From Pedosphaera sp. (GTDB taxonomy: Bacteria; Verrucomicrobiota; Verrucomicrobiia; Limisphaerales; SIBH01), in the NCBI GenBank assembly GCA_031414955.1, contig JANOQV010000067.1, forward strand, positions 13,062 to 77,061: a DNA stretch of 64,000 nucleotides. Direction: 5' to 3'. Position 1 is the first letter of the stretch. Every line of letters begins with the position of its first letter. Position numbers and translations under genes: made by a program. Shown here in pieces: positions 28,657 through 38,130 of the stretch. A model generated the notes under the pieces. The model had not been told where the DNA came from. It made no database searches and saw only the letters and a list, made by a program, of their open reading frames with translations.

Positions 28657-28950
28657 ATGAAACCAACATTGTTTTTGACCCTGGCCGCGATTCTGTTCGT
28701 CTTGAATTCCGGTTGCGTGGCGGCGGATCAGAAGCCGGCGGCGGCCAAAGCCAAGCCTTACCCCCTCAAAGTCTGCCTCGTTTCTGACGAGAAGTTTGGC
28801 GGCGACATGGGCGATCCGTATGTGTTTGTCCACGAAGGGCGTGAGGTGAAACTTTGCTGCAAGGGGTGCCTTGATGATTTCAAGAAGGACACGGCCAAGT
28901 TTGTGAAGAAGATGGAGGACGCCCAAGCCAAGGCAGCCCCGAAGAAGTAA
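28657..28950 (+). CDS. Small secreted YHS/TRASH-like metal-binding protein
   Basis: Signal peptide; YPLKVCLVSDE..MGDP...KLCCKGC..DFKKD. TATAAT at 28641. Confidence 0.8.
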   Translation: MKPTLFLTLAAILFVLNSGCVAADQKPAAAKAKPYPLKVCLVSDEKFGGDMGDPYVFVHEGREVKLCCKGCLDDFKKDTAKFVKKMEDAQAKAAPKK

Positions 28951-28984
28951 GGAGCGCGGACCGCCGGGTCCGCGTGTTCGTGAA

Positions 28985-29356
28985 ATGAAGCGAACGAAAA
29001 CAACGATGATGCTGATGGCCCGCTGGCTGGTGGTGCTGGCGGTGGGCTGGTTCGTTGCGGTAGGGCCAGTCTTCGCTTCGACTCAGCCCTCCAGTAAATC
29101 GGTCTGCACCGAGTCCTGCGCCCAGCATTGCCCATGCTGCATCTCCAAATCGACCCCGGCTGATTCGTCCGCGCCGCTCGCGCCCACGCCCTCGACGCGC
29201 CCGGCCGTCGCCCAGGACTTCCAACTCATCGCGGCCTGTCAGGCGCTTTGGTTGAAGGAGCTTGAAGCGCAAGTAACGGTTCCGCCGCACCTGTCTGTCC
29301 CCCATTTTTCCGCCTCCCTTGCTGTCTTCGTCCGCCACTGCACCTTTCTCATCTGA
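28985..29356 (+). CDS. Cys-rich exported leader-like protein upstream of metal efflux operon
   Basis: Signal peptide, CTESCAQHCPCC, Pro-rich linker and C-terminal RHCTFLI. Confidence 0.65.
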   Translation: MKRTKTTMMLMARWLVVLAVGWFVAVGPVFASTQPSSKSVCTESCAQHCPCCISKSTPADSSAPLAPTPSTRPAVAQDFQLIAACQALWLKELEAQVTVPPHLSVPHFSASLAVFVRHCTFLI

Positions 29357-29436
29357 GTCTTTTTGCATGACCCGCACGGAGTGTGCCCACGCGGCACGCT
29401 GCTTCCGCTCCATTCCTGTCCGGTCGGTCTGTGGTT

Positions 29437-30756
29437 ATGAAAAAAGTTTTCGTTCATTGTTCGTTGTTCGTTGTGCTGTGTCATCGCGCGCTGGCGGCTG
29501 AAGAAGCTGTCCCGGCCATCATCGTCACAGCGCAGTTCATTGATGCGCTTGCCACCGAGGCGCGCACCAACCATCCCGCCTTGCGCGCGGCGGATTTGCG
29601 CGCTGATGCCGCGGGGTGGAATGCCGCCGGCATCCGCGCCTGGGAAGATCCGATGGCGAAGTTCGGCGTGATGGGCGCCGACCGCGCCAAACGCGCCGAT
29701 GACGGCGATTTGATTTACGGGGTGGAACAGAAACTTCCGCTTTTCGGCAAAGCGCAGGCGCTGCGCGCCTTGGCCCAGGCCGAGGCCACGACGCAGCGGC
29801 ATGAGGCGATGTTTCGGGGCGTGCAGTTGCGCCGGGACATTCACCGGCAGGCGCTCAAGGTGGCCCTCGTCGAACGGACGGTGGAATTGGGACGCGATGA
29901 TCTGGCCTCGCTGGAACTGCTCGTCGCCACCACCGAGGACAAGTATCGTAACGGCTTCGCCACGCAGGTCGAGGTGCTTGCTTCACAGAACGAGCGAGCG
30001 CGCCGCGCCAACCTGTTGCGCACGGACGAGAATCTTCTTCAGTCCGGGAAGGCGTCGCTGGAGCGGTTGCTGAATCGCCGCACCAATTCCGTCTGGCCGA
30101 GATTTCTCCTGCCCGCCGCCGCCACGAATCTTCCGCCGGTCGATCTGATGGTCGCGCACGCCACTGCGATGGCGCCGCAACTGGACGTGATGCGCGGCTC
30201 GCTGCGGCAGGCTGAGCTGTCGGTAAAGCTGGCGCGCAAGCAGCGTCTGCCGGACGTGACCGTCGGGTTGGATGGCCGGCAGTACGCCGACACAGGCGAG
30301 TTTCGCGAAGGCGTGGTGAGCCTTGGCTTCTCGTTGCCGTGGGGCAATCGCTCGCGCTACGCCGCCGAGATCAAGCGTGAGCAACTCAAGGCGGAGGCGG
30401 CGCAACTGGAGATTGCCGACATGCAACTCGGGCTGCGCGAGGAAATTTTCCGGTTGGCCGCGCAAATCGAAAACGCCCGGCGCGAAGCCTTGCTCTATCG
30501 CGACGACATCATCCCGCGCACGGATCAAGCGGTGGACGCCGCACGCATCAACTGGCTGAACAACCGTGGCCCGCTGCGCGACGTGCTGGAGACGCGCCGG
30601 ATGTGGATTGAAGGCCGCGTCATGGAAGCGCGCGCCCTGGCCGAGCAGCACGCCATGCTGGCCGAGCTTTCCCTGCACTGCGGCGTGGAGGATTTGAATC
30701 AACTCGCGGTGAAACGCACCGAATCAGCCCAGCCGTCGAAAGGAACGAAACCATGA
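29437..30756 (+). CDS. TolC-family outer membrane efflux protein (CusC/CzcC-like)
   Basis: NHPALRAA, EQKLPLFGK and SLPWGNR motifs; first gene of an RND triad. Confidence 0.88.
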   Translation: MKKVFVHCSLFVVLCHRALAAEEAVPAIIVTAQFIDALATEARTNHPALRAADLRADAAGWNAAGIRAWEDPMAKFGVMGADRAKRADDGDLIYGVEQKLPLFGKAQALRALAQAEATTQRHEAMFRGVQLRRDIHRQALKVALVERTVELGRDDLASLELLVATTEDKYRNGFATQVEVLASQNERARRANLLRTDENLLQSGKASLERLLNRRTNSVWPRFLLPAAATNLPPVDLMVAHATAMAPQLDVMRGSLRQAELSVKLARKQRLPDVTVGLDGRQYADTGEFREGVVSLGFSLPWGNRSRYAAEIKREQLKAEAAQLEIADMQLGLREEIFRLAAQIENARREALLYRDDIIPRTDQAVDAARINWLNNRGPLRDVLETRRMWIEGRVMEARALAEQHAMLAELSLHCGVEDLNQLAVKRTESAQPSKGTKP

Positions 30757-32534
30757 AAGCAAAATCTCTTATCGTCCTGATTACGGTTGGCGCGAGCGCC
30801 GCTGGCACGGGCTGGTTTGCCGCCAAACAATTCGGCGACGCCAAACCCGCCGCGAGTTCCAGCACCAGGAGAATCCTCTACTACCAAAGCCCGATGCACC
30901 CGTGGATCACCTCCGACAAGGCGGGGCGCTGCACGATCTGCGGCATGAAGCTGGAGCCGGTCTTTGAAGGCGAGCGCGGCTTCGGCGGGATCGAGGGCGT
31001 GGTGATGCTCGGCTCGAACAGCGTCCAGGTGATTAACGTGCAGACCGAAGTGGTCACGAACCGTGTGCTCGCGCGCACGCTGAAGGTCGCTGGCGTGATC
31101 GAGGACGACGACACACGGCATCGCCGGATGTCGGCTTACGCGGACGGGCGCATCGAGAAGTTGTTCGTGAATCATCTTGGAGCCGAAGTGGTTGAAGGCC
31201 AGCCGCTGGCCGTGCTCTACAGCCCGGCGCTGCTCGCGACTGAGAGCGAGTATCTCACCCTGCTTCGACAAGTCTCGCCAGATGGCTTGTCCGCCACCGT
31301 GCGGCAGGAGCGCGCGCGGCTGGTCGAAGCCGCAGCCCAGCGGCTGAAACGGCTGGGTTATTCCGACGCGCAACTTGCCGCGCTGGCGAAGAAAGATGCC
31401 TCTGATGCACGCACGGAGATTCTCTCGTCCATGACCGGCACGGTGGTGTTGCGCAACGTGTACGAGGGGCAGTACGTGAAGGAGGGCGAGCTGCTCTTTG
31501 AAATCGCTGACTTCGGCACCATGTGGTTTCAGTTCGATGCCTACGAACGTGACTTGGGCGGGTTGAACGCCGGCCAGGTTGTGGAAGTCACCAGCAGTTC
31601 CTTGCCTGGGAAAACTCTTTCGGCACCGATTAAATTCATCGATCCAAATCTCAACGAGATGACGCGCAGCGCCAGGGTGCGCGTGGAACTGGAGAACCCG
31701 ATGGTGGATGACGGCGGGCGCAAGCGCCGCCTGCTTTACCATCGCCTCTTCGCCGAAGGGACCGTGAAGCTGCAATCGGCTGCGGTGCTGACGGTGCCGC
31801 GCAGCGCGGTGCTGTCCGCCGGGCAGCCGGTGGTCTATGTCGAGGCTGGTTCGGGAGCCTACGAGCAGCGCCCGGTGAAGCTCGGCCAGCGCGGCGATGA
31901 TTATTGGGAAGTGCTCAGCGGAGTGCAGGCTGGCGAGCGTGTGGTGACGACCGGCAATCTGCTTATCGACGCCCAGGCGCAACTGAACGCCAGCACCATT
32001 TCCCTGCCTGGGTCTGGCCCGCTGGCGCCGGGGCAATCCTCCACCATGACGAACCAGGGGCTGATGAAACCCGCCCCTCCCGCAACGACTGAAACGCAGC
32101 TTGCCGTGGCCACGGAGTTCTTCACCGTGACCAGTGAGTTGGGAGCCGCGCTGGCTGCTGATTCGCTTCCGCTCTTCAACGAACGGGTGCCGCAGGTCCA
32201 TGCCATGATTCCCAAGTTGATCGAGGCGTTTGGTGAAACCAAGTCGCTGCGCCCGACGCTGGCGAAGTTCGAGCAGTCCGGCCATCTCGAAACGGCCAAA
32301 GACCTCACCCAGGCGCGCAAGGAATTTCTGCCTTTCAGCATGGCGACGGCAGAACTGGCGGCGCAGTTGCGCACGCAGCCGGGTGCGCCAGCCGTGAAGA
32401 TTTTCAACTGCCCGATGGTGAACCGCGCGGTGCCCGGCGCGGACAAGAACGGGCGCTGGGTGCAGATGGAAGGTCCGTTGCGTAATCCATACTTCGGCGC
32501 GCAGATGCTGGAGTGCGGGAGTGAAGTGAAATGA
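30753..32534 (+). CDS. cusB: RND membrane fusion protein, CusB-like, with heavy-metal-binding and DUF3347-like domains
   Basis: YYQSPMHP..SDKAGRCTICGMKL; GRIEKLFV, YSPALL; C-terminal CPM..WVQ..LRNPYFGAQMLECG. Confidence 0.85.
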   Translation: MKAKSLIVLITVGASAAGTGWFAAKQFGDAKPAASSSTRRILYYQSPMHPWITSDKAGRCTICGMKLEPVFEGERGFGGIEGVVMLGSNSVQVINVQTEVVTNRVLARTLKVAGVIEDDDTRHRRMSAYADGRIEKLFVNHLGAEVVEGQPLAVLYSPALLATESEYLTLLRQVSPDGLSATVRQERARLVEAAAQRLKRLGYSDAQLAALAKKDASDARTEILSSMTGTVVLRNVYEGQYVKEGELLFEIADFGTMWFQFDAYERDLGGLNAGQVVEVTSSSLPGKTLSAPIKFIDPNLNEMTRSARVRVELENPMVDDGGRKRRLLYHRLFAEGTVKLQSAAVLTVPRSAVLSAGQPVVYVEAGSGAYEQRPVKLGQRGDDYWEVLSGVQAGERVVTTGNLLIDAQAQLNASTISLPGSGPLAPGQSSTMTNQGLMKPAPPATTETQLAVATEFFTVTSELGAALAADSLPLFNERVPQVHAMIPKLIEAFGETKSLRPTLAKFEQSGHLETAKDLTQARKEFLPFSMATAELAAQLRTQPGAPAVKIFNCPMVNRAVPGADKNGRWVQMEGPLRNPYFGAQMLECGSEVK

Positions 32535-32669
32535 AAACACCAAGATCCAAGATCCAAGATCCAGAGAAACACCAAGCACCAAGATCCGATCGCGGAGCGG
32601 TCGCCGGTGGGCCGGTGGTGCTTGGATCTTGGAGCTTTTCTGGATCTTGGATCTTGGATCTTGGATCTT
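32535..32669. repeat. Heptamer-armed inverted element (MITE-like)
   Basis: (AAGATCC-like)x4-AGAG-x3, spacer, then x3-TTCT-(GGATCTT)x4; ATGA at both flanks. Confidence 0.9.
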
Positions 32670-32673
32670 TCTT

Positions 32674-35600
32674 ATGATCAACCGCCTCATCGAATGGTCG
32701 CTGCGCAACCGCTTCCTCGTGGTGGTGGCCGCGTTGTTCCTCATCGGTTGGGGCATCCGCTCTGTATATCGCACGCCGGTGGATGCCATCCCCGACCTGA
32801 GCGAGAACCAGGTGATCGTGTTTGCCGACTGGATGGGGCGCAGTCCGCAGGAGGTCGAGGATCAGGTCACGTATCCGCTCTCGGTGAACTTGCAGGGACT
32901 GGCGGGCGTGAACACGGTGCGAGCGAACTCGATGTTCGGCTTCTCGCTCATCACGATCATCTTCGAGGACAAGATTGACAACTACTTCGCCCGGTCACGC
33001 GTGCTGGAACGGCTGAATTATCTCGGCAACGTGCTGCCAGCCGGAGTGACGCCGCAGCTCGGGCCGGACGCGACGGGCTTGGGGTGGGTTTATCAGTACT
33101 ATCTCGACGTCGATCCAAAGACGGTCGCACCGGCCCAGACGGTGCGAATCGCCGGGCCTGCTTCTCCCTCTCCCCTCAACGGGGAGAGGGCTGGGGTGAG
33201 GGGTGGGAAGGACGAGACGCGCCCGCAAGGTCAAGCCGCTACGACCGAACCACCCCTCACCCTTACCCTCTCCCCGTGGAGGGGAGAGGGGACCGGAGCT
33301 GTCGCGGTGGCTCAGAGTCCGGGTGAGTCGCGAATCGGCTACGACCTCGGCCAGTTGCGCGCGGTGCAGGACTGGTTCATTCGCTACCAACTCAACTCTG
33401 TGCCGGGCGTGGCGGAAGTGGCGAGCATCGGCGGCTTTGTCCGGCAGTATCAGATCGAAGTTTCCTCGGTGAAGATGCGCGTGGCGAACGTGTCATTGCA
33501 GGAAGTGATGCGCGCGGTCAGCGAAAACAACCTGAACGTCGGGGGCAAGGTCATCGAGGAGAACGGCATGGAGTTCGTGGTGCGCGGCCTGGGGCTGATC
33601 AACAAGGTCAGTGATCTGGAGAACATCGTCCTGACCGAGACGAACGGGACGCCCGTTTATCTGCGCGATGTGGCCGAGATCCAGATTGGCGGGGACTTCC
33701 GGCGCGGCACGCTCGACGTGAACGGGCGCGAAGTGGTCGGCGGCATCGTCGTGATGCGCACGGGCGAGAATGCGCGCGATGTCATCGCCCGGGTGAAGGA
33801 GAAGGTGGCGCAGATTTCCCCCAGCCTGCCGCCCGGCGTGACCATCAAGTCCTTCTACGACCGCAGCGACTTAATCGAGCGAACTCTCGCCACGCTGCGG
33901 CACTCGCTTTGGGAGGAAATCATTCTCGTGACGCTGGCGCACATCCTCTTCCTTTGGCACTTCCGCAGCATCCTGATTGTCACACTGCCGCTGCCGATTT
34001 CGATTCTGGTGTCCTTTGTCCTGATGAAGCAGTTCGGCATCACCTCGAACATCATGTCGCTCTCTGGCATCGCCATCGCCATCGGCGTGCTGGTGGATGC
34101 GGCGATTGTGATGACGGAAAATGTGATCCGGAGGTGTGAGCAGGCGGAGGAGGAAAAGGGGAAAGGAATCAGCAAGGCGGTAATCGGTGAAGCACAGGCA
34201 GACGCGAAGTCGCGAAGCCCGGAGGGCTTCAATTTGAATAGCCCCGGGTGCAACCCGGGGAATAGTGCGCGCCTCACTCCCGCCGAAACCTGGCAAGTCG
34301 TCCTGGATGCTTCAAAGCAAGTCGGGCGGCCCATCTTCTTCGCCATGGTGATCATCATCCTGGCGTTCATCCCGGTGTTCGCGCTGGAGGGGCAGTCGGG
34401 GAAACTGTTTCACCCGCTGGCTTTCACGAAGACGTTTGCGATGGCGGGCGCGACCTTGCTGGCGGTGACGCTGGTGCCGGTGCTTTGCACGCTGATGGTG
34501 CGCGGGCCGTTTCACTCCGAGGATCGCAACTGGATCATGCGTGTGCTGCTGCGCATCTACGACCCGGTGCTGGACTGGGCGCTCGGGCATCGCAAAACTG
34601 TTTTGTCCGGTGCGGTCATGTTGCTGGTGAGCGCGTTGGTCATCGCGATTGGATTGCCACGTCCATGGCTGCAACAACTTGACACCTTCAACATTCAACC
34701 CGCCACTCGCCTCCTCTCCGGCATCGGCTCCGAGTTTATGCCGCCGCTCAACGAAGGTTCCATGCTCTTCATGCCGGTGTTGCTGCCCAGCACTTCGCTC
34801 ACCGAGGTGAAGCGCATCATGGCCTGGCAAGACACGGTGATCTCCCAGACGCCCGAGGTCGCTTCCGTTGGCGGCAAACTTGGGCGCAGCGAAACGGCCA
34901 CCGACCCCGCGCCCGTCGAGATGATCGAGACGACGATCATGTTGAAGCCCGAGTTCCTGGTCACGAACCGCGCGCTGCTCGGCTTCATCAAGATTCCGCG
35001 CACCATCCGGAATCCCGAGTGGCGTCCGGACATGACGATGGACAAGTTGCGGGCCGAACTTTCCGAGAAGCTCACGCAGGTGCCGGGCTACGTGCCGGGC
35101 TTTCTCCAGCCGATTGAGAACCGGCTCCTGATGTTGAGCACGGGCATTCGCGCGCAGGTGGGCGTGAAGATTCTGGGCGACAATCTCGACGAGCTTCAGG
35201 CTAAGGCCTTCGAGGTCGAGCGCGTGGTGCGCGCGGTCGAAGGAGCCACCGGCGTCGCGTCCTCGCGCATGCAAGGCAAACCTTACGTCGAGATCGAAGT
35301 GGACCGCGTGGCCATGTCACGGTTCGGCCTGCGCGCGCAGGAGGTGCTGGACGTGGTCGAGGCCGGGCTGGGTGGAAAGAATGTCACCACGACCATCGAG
35401 GGCCGTCAGCGTTTCCCCATTCAGGTCCGGCTCCAGCGCGGCGAGCGCGATGACATTGAGCGCCTCGCCGAAGTGCTGGTGGCCACGCCCTCGGGCAAGT
35501 TTGTTCCTCTCGGTCAGGTGGCGAGAATTCGCCGGACGTCTGGCGCGAGTGAGATTGCCAGCGAGAACGGACGGCTGCGCGTCTTCGTGCAGGCCAACGT

Positions 35601-36294
35601 GCAGGGGCGCGATCTCGGTGGGTTCATGAAGGAGCTTCAGCAGCGCCTGCGCGCCGAAGTGAAGCTGGAGCGCGGCATGATCATTGAATACTCCGGCCAG
35701 TACGAAAGCCAGTTGCGCGCGCAGCGCACGCTCAGCGTGATCGTCCCGACCGTCATGGTCATCATCTTCCTGCTGCTCTTCATGGTTTATCACTCGGCCA
35801 AGGAAGCGGCGCACGTCATTCTGGCCGTGCCGTTCGCGCTCACTGGCGGCGTCTTCCTGCAGTACCTCCTCGGCTACAACTTCAGCGTGGCGGTGTGGGT
35901 CGGCTACATCGCGCTGTTTGGCACGGCCATTCAGACGGGCGTCGTGATGGTCGTGTATCTCGAGGAGATGCTGAAGAAGAAGCAGGCCGAGCGCGCAGCG
36001 GAAGGAAAAGCCTTCACGCGCGAGGACTTGATTCAAGCGATCAAGGACGGTGCGCGCCTGCGCCTGCGGCCCAAGGTCATGACCGTCGCCACCATCGTGG
36101 CCAGCCTCCTGCCCATCATGTGGAGCGACCGCACCGGGGCGGAGGTGATGAAGCCGCTGGCCACGCCGGTGATGGGCGGGATGGTGAGCAGCTTGATTCA
36201 CATCCTGATTGTGACCCCGGTGATTTTTGCGTGGCTGAGGGAGCGGGAAATGAAAAACGCCCAGCGCTCGCATGGTCAGGGCGTAGTTCGTTGA
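32674..36294 (+). CDS. cusA: CusA/CzcA-family heavy-metal RND permease (Cu/Ag type)
   Basis: DAIPDLSENQ, GPDATGLGWVYQY, FMPPLNEG..LFMP, DPAPVEMIET, NRLLMLSTG (Met residues of the CusA type) and RLRPKVMT. Confidence 0.93.
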   Translation: MINRLIEWSLRNRFLVVVAALFLIGWGIRSVYRTPVDAIPDLSENQVIVFADWMGRSPQEVEDQVTYPLSVNLQGLAGVNTVRANSMFGFSLITIIFEDKIDNYFARSRVLERLNYLGNVLPAGVTPQLGPDATGLGWVYQYYLDVDPKTVAPAQTVRIAGPASPSPLNGERAGVRGGKDETRPQGQAATTEPPLTLTLSPWRGEGTGAVAVAQSPGESRIGYDLGQLRAVQDWFIRYQLNSVPGVAEVASIGGFVRQYQIEVSSVKMRVANVSLQEVMRAVSENNLNVGGKVIEENGMEFVVRGLGLINKVSDLENIVLTETNGTPVYLRDVAEIQIGGDFRRGTLDVNGREVVGGIVVMRTGENARDVIARVKEKVAQISPSLPPGVTIKSFYDRSDLIERTLATLRHSLWEEIILVTLAHILFLWHFRSILIVTLPLPISILVSFVLMKQFGITSNIMSLSGIAIAIGVLVDAAIVMTENVIRRCEQAEEEKGKGISKAVIGEAQADAKSRSPEGFNLNSPGCNPGNSARLTPAETWQVVLDASKQVGRPIFFAMVIIILAFIPVFALEGQSGKLFHPLAFTKTFAMAGATLLAVTLVPVLCTLMVRGPFHSEDRNWIMRVLLRIYDPVLDWALGHRKTVLSGAVMLLVSALVIAIGLPRPWLQQLDTFNIQPATRLLSGIGSEFMPPLNEGSMLFMPVLLPSTSLTEVKRIMAWQDTVISQTPEVASVGGKLGRSETATDPAPVEMIETTIMLKPEFLVTNRALLGFIKIPRTIRNPEWRPDMTMDKLRAELSEKLTQVPGYVPGFLQPIENRLLMLSTGIRAQVGVKILGDNLDELQAKAFEVERVVRAVEGATGVASSRMQGKPYVEIEVDRVAMSRFGLRAQEVLDVVEAGLGGKNVTTTIEGRQRFPIQVRLQRGERDDIERLAEVLVATPSGKFVPLGQVARIRRTSGASEIASENGRLRVFVQANVQGRDLGGFMKELQQRLRAEVKLERGMIIEYSGQYESQLRAQRTLSVIVPTVMVIIFLLLFMVYHSAKEAAHVILAVPFALTGGVFLQYLLGYNFSVAVWVGYIALFGTAIQTGVVMVVYLEEMLKKKQAERAAEGKAFTREDLIQAIKDGARLRLRPKVMTVATIVASLLPIMWSDRTGAEVMKPLATPVMGGMVSSLIHILIVTPVIFAWLREREMKNAQRSHGQGVVR

Positions 36295-36442
36295 TGAAGT
36301 TTGGCGCTGCGATCCCGGCAGCCGAACACGCTCCGGCGGCACCTCTCAATTTTCCAGCGGTCGTGGTCGGATGCGCCTACTCCGCTCTGTCCGGCAGGTT
36401 CTTCATTGCCCGCGGCGGGCAACTGCGGTTTGATCCGTGGCC

Positions 36443-37009
36443 GTGACTGAATCCGAAGCTTTACAAATTTTCCGCGACAGCGGTGCGCTGCTGGAAGGGC
36501 ATTTCATCCTCCGCAGCGGTTTGCGCAGCCGCCAGTTTTTCCAATGTGCCCTCGCCTTGCAATCGATGCCGCTCGTCGAAAAAATTGGCACCGCCTTGGC
36601 GGGGAAAGTTCGATCCCTCGGGGCGGTGACGGTGATGGCCCCGGCCATGGGCGGGCTGGTTATCGGGCAGGAGGTGGCGCGGCAATTGCGCGTGCGCTTC
36701 ATCTTCGTCGAGAAGGAGGAGGGCCAGCTCGTGCTGCGGCGCGGCTTCAAGATTGCCCCCGGTGAAAAAATTCTCGTGGTGGAAGACGTGGTGACGAAAG
36801 GCGGGCGGGCCCAGGAGACCATCGACATCGTGCGCGCCCACGGCGGCGAGGTGCTTGGCGTGGCCATGGTGGTGGATCGTTCCAACGGGGCGACCCAATT
36901 GGGCGTGCCACTGTTCAGTGTCATCCAGCTCAACGTGGAGACTTTTCATCCCGATCAGTTGCCTCCGGATCTGGCGGCCCTGCCCCCGGTGAAGCCAGGG
37001 AGCAAGTGA
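36443..37009 (+). CDS. pyrE: Orotate phosphoribosyltransferase
   Basis: ALLEGHFILRSG, APAMGG and VVEDVVTKG PRPP motif. Confidence 0.93.
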   Translation: MTESEALQIFRDSGALLEGHFILRSGLRSRQFFQCALALQSMPLVEKIGTALAGKVRSLGAVTVMAPAMGGLVIGQEVARQLRVRFIFVEKEEGQLVLRRGFKIAPGEKILVVEDVVTKGGRAQETIDIVRAHGGEVLGVAMVVDRSNGATQLGVPLFSVIQLNVETFHPDQLPPDLAALPPVKPGSK

Positions 37010-37266
37010 GGGATCCGGCCGTTGCTCAACGGGCCAGGGAAGCAAGTCCGCCTCGCCGCATCTGACCGGCTTTCCATTTTCCTGCCCCGTGTTCCATCCC
37101 CGCAACTCCGTTCCTGGCGAGGGACTTCTGGCCGGGCCAAAACATGTCCCGGCCCTTCGGTGCGCGGATTGGGCCGGTGGGCGCCACCCTCCCGCAACCC
37201 CCTCGCTGCGTCTGACAAAGATCGGCGTTGGATCGCGCGCGGACGTCTGGCAGGCTCCGCCCCGCT

Positions 37267-37989
37267 ATGGGCGCACAATGGAAACAGGCCGGGCGCGAAA
37301 TCAACGCGCAGAAAAAGGGTCAGATGGTCGTGAAGCTGGTCCGCGAAATCATGGTCGCGGCCAAGCTTGGCGGGCCGGACCCGGATCTTAATGCGCGCCT
37401 CGCCGCCGCCGTCGAAAAGGCTAAGAAGTCCAGCGTCTATCGCGACACCATCGAGCGCGCCATCAACAAGGGTGCCGGCATTGGCGCTGATGCGGTTGTT
37501 TACGAACTCACCACCTACGAGGGATTCGCGCCGCACCAGGTGCCGGTCATCGTCGAGTGCTTGACCGATAATCGCAACCGCACCGCGCCGGAGCTGCGCC
37601 GACTGTTCCTCGCCGGATCGCTGGGGCAACCGGGCAGCGTGGCCTTCTTCTTCAACCACGTCGGCGTGATCGAGGCGACCCACCCCGAGATCAACCGCGA
37701 CATCGACACGGACGCCATCGAGGCTGGCGCCCAGGAAGTCGAGCCTTTGGAGGCGGACGAAGTGCCCGAAGGTCAGAAGGGCGCGCGCTTCGTCACCGCG
37801 ATGAAAGAACTGGACCATGTGACCAAGGCCTTGAAAGCCGCAGGCTGGAAAGTTACCGCTTCAGAGATGCGCTACGTGGCCAAGACTTATCCCGAGTTGA
37901 GCCCGGAAGCGCACAAGCAGGTCGCGGCCTTTCTCCAGACCCTGGACGACCATGACGACGTGCATCACGTCTATGCGGCGATGAAATGA
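37267..37989 (+). CDS. yebC: YebC/PmpR family protein
   Basis: GGPDPDLNARL, TYEG..P, VECLTDNRNRT and LDDHDDVHHVY. Confidence 0.92.
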   Translation: MGAQWKQAGREINAQKKGQMVVKLVREIMVAAKLGGPDPDLNARLAAAVEKAKKSSVYRDTIERAINKGAGIGADAVVYELTTYEGFAPHQVPVIVECLTDNRNRTAPELRRLFLAGSLGQPGSVAFFFNHVGVIEATHPEINRDIDTDAIEAGAQEVEPLEADEVPEGQKGARFVTAMKELDHVTKALKAAGWKVTASEMRYVAKTYPELSPEAHKQVAAFLQTLDDHDDVHHVYAAMK

Positions 37990-38130
37990 GCCGAGTGCGG
38001 ACCTCCGGTCTGCATGTTCGTCCGGCGAGGCACCTGCGGAACGCCGGGTTTGACCCGGGCCGGGAAGTGTTTGGCCCTCCCCTGTGTCTTGCTCATTGCC
38101 TCGCGCCAGTTCGACCGATTTAATCCCCTC

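Noticed and set aside
32535..32669. Heptamer arrays considered as a CRISPR array
   Set aside because: Units are 7 nt and tandem with no unique spacers between repeats, and no cas genes are present.
37010..37266. Long pyrE-yebC intergenic region as a possible ncRNA or riboswitch
   Set aside because: No recognisable conserved motif or terminator by eye; an Rfam search would be needed.
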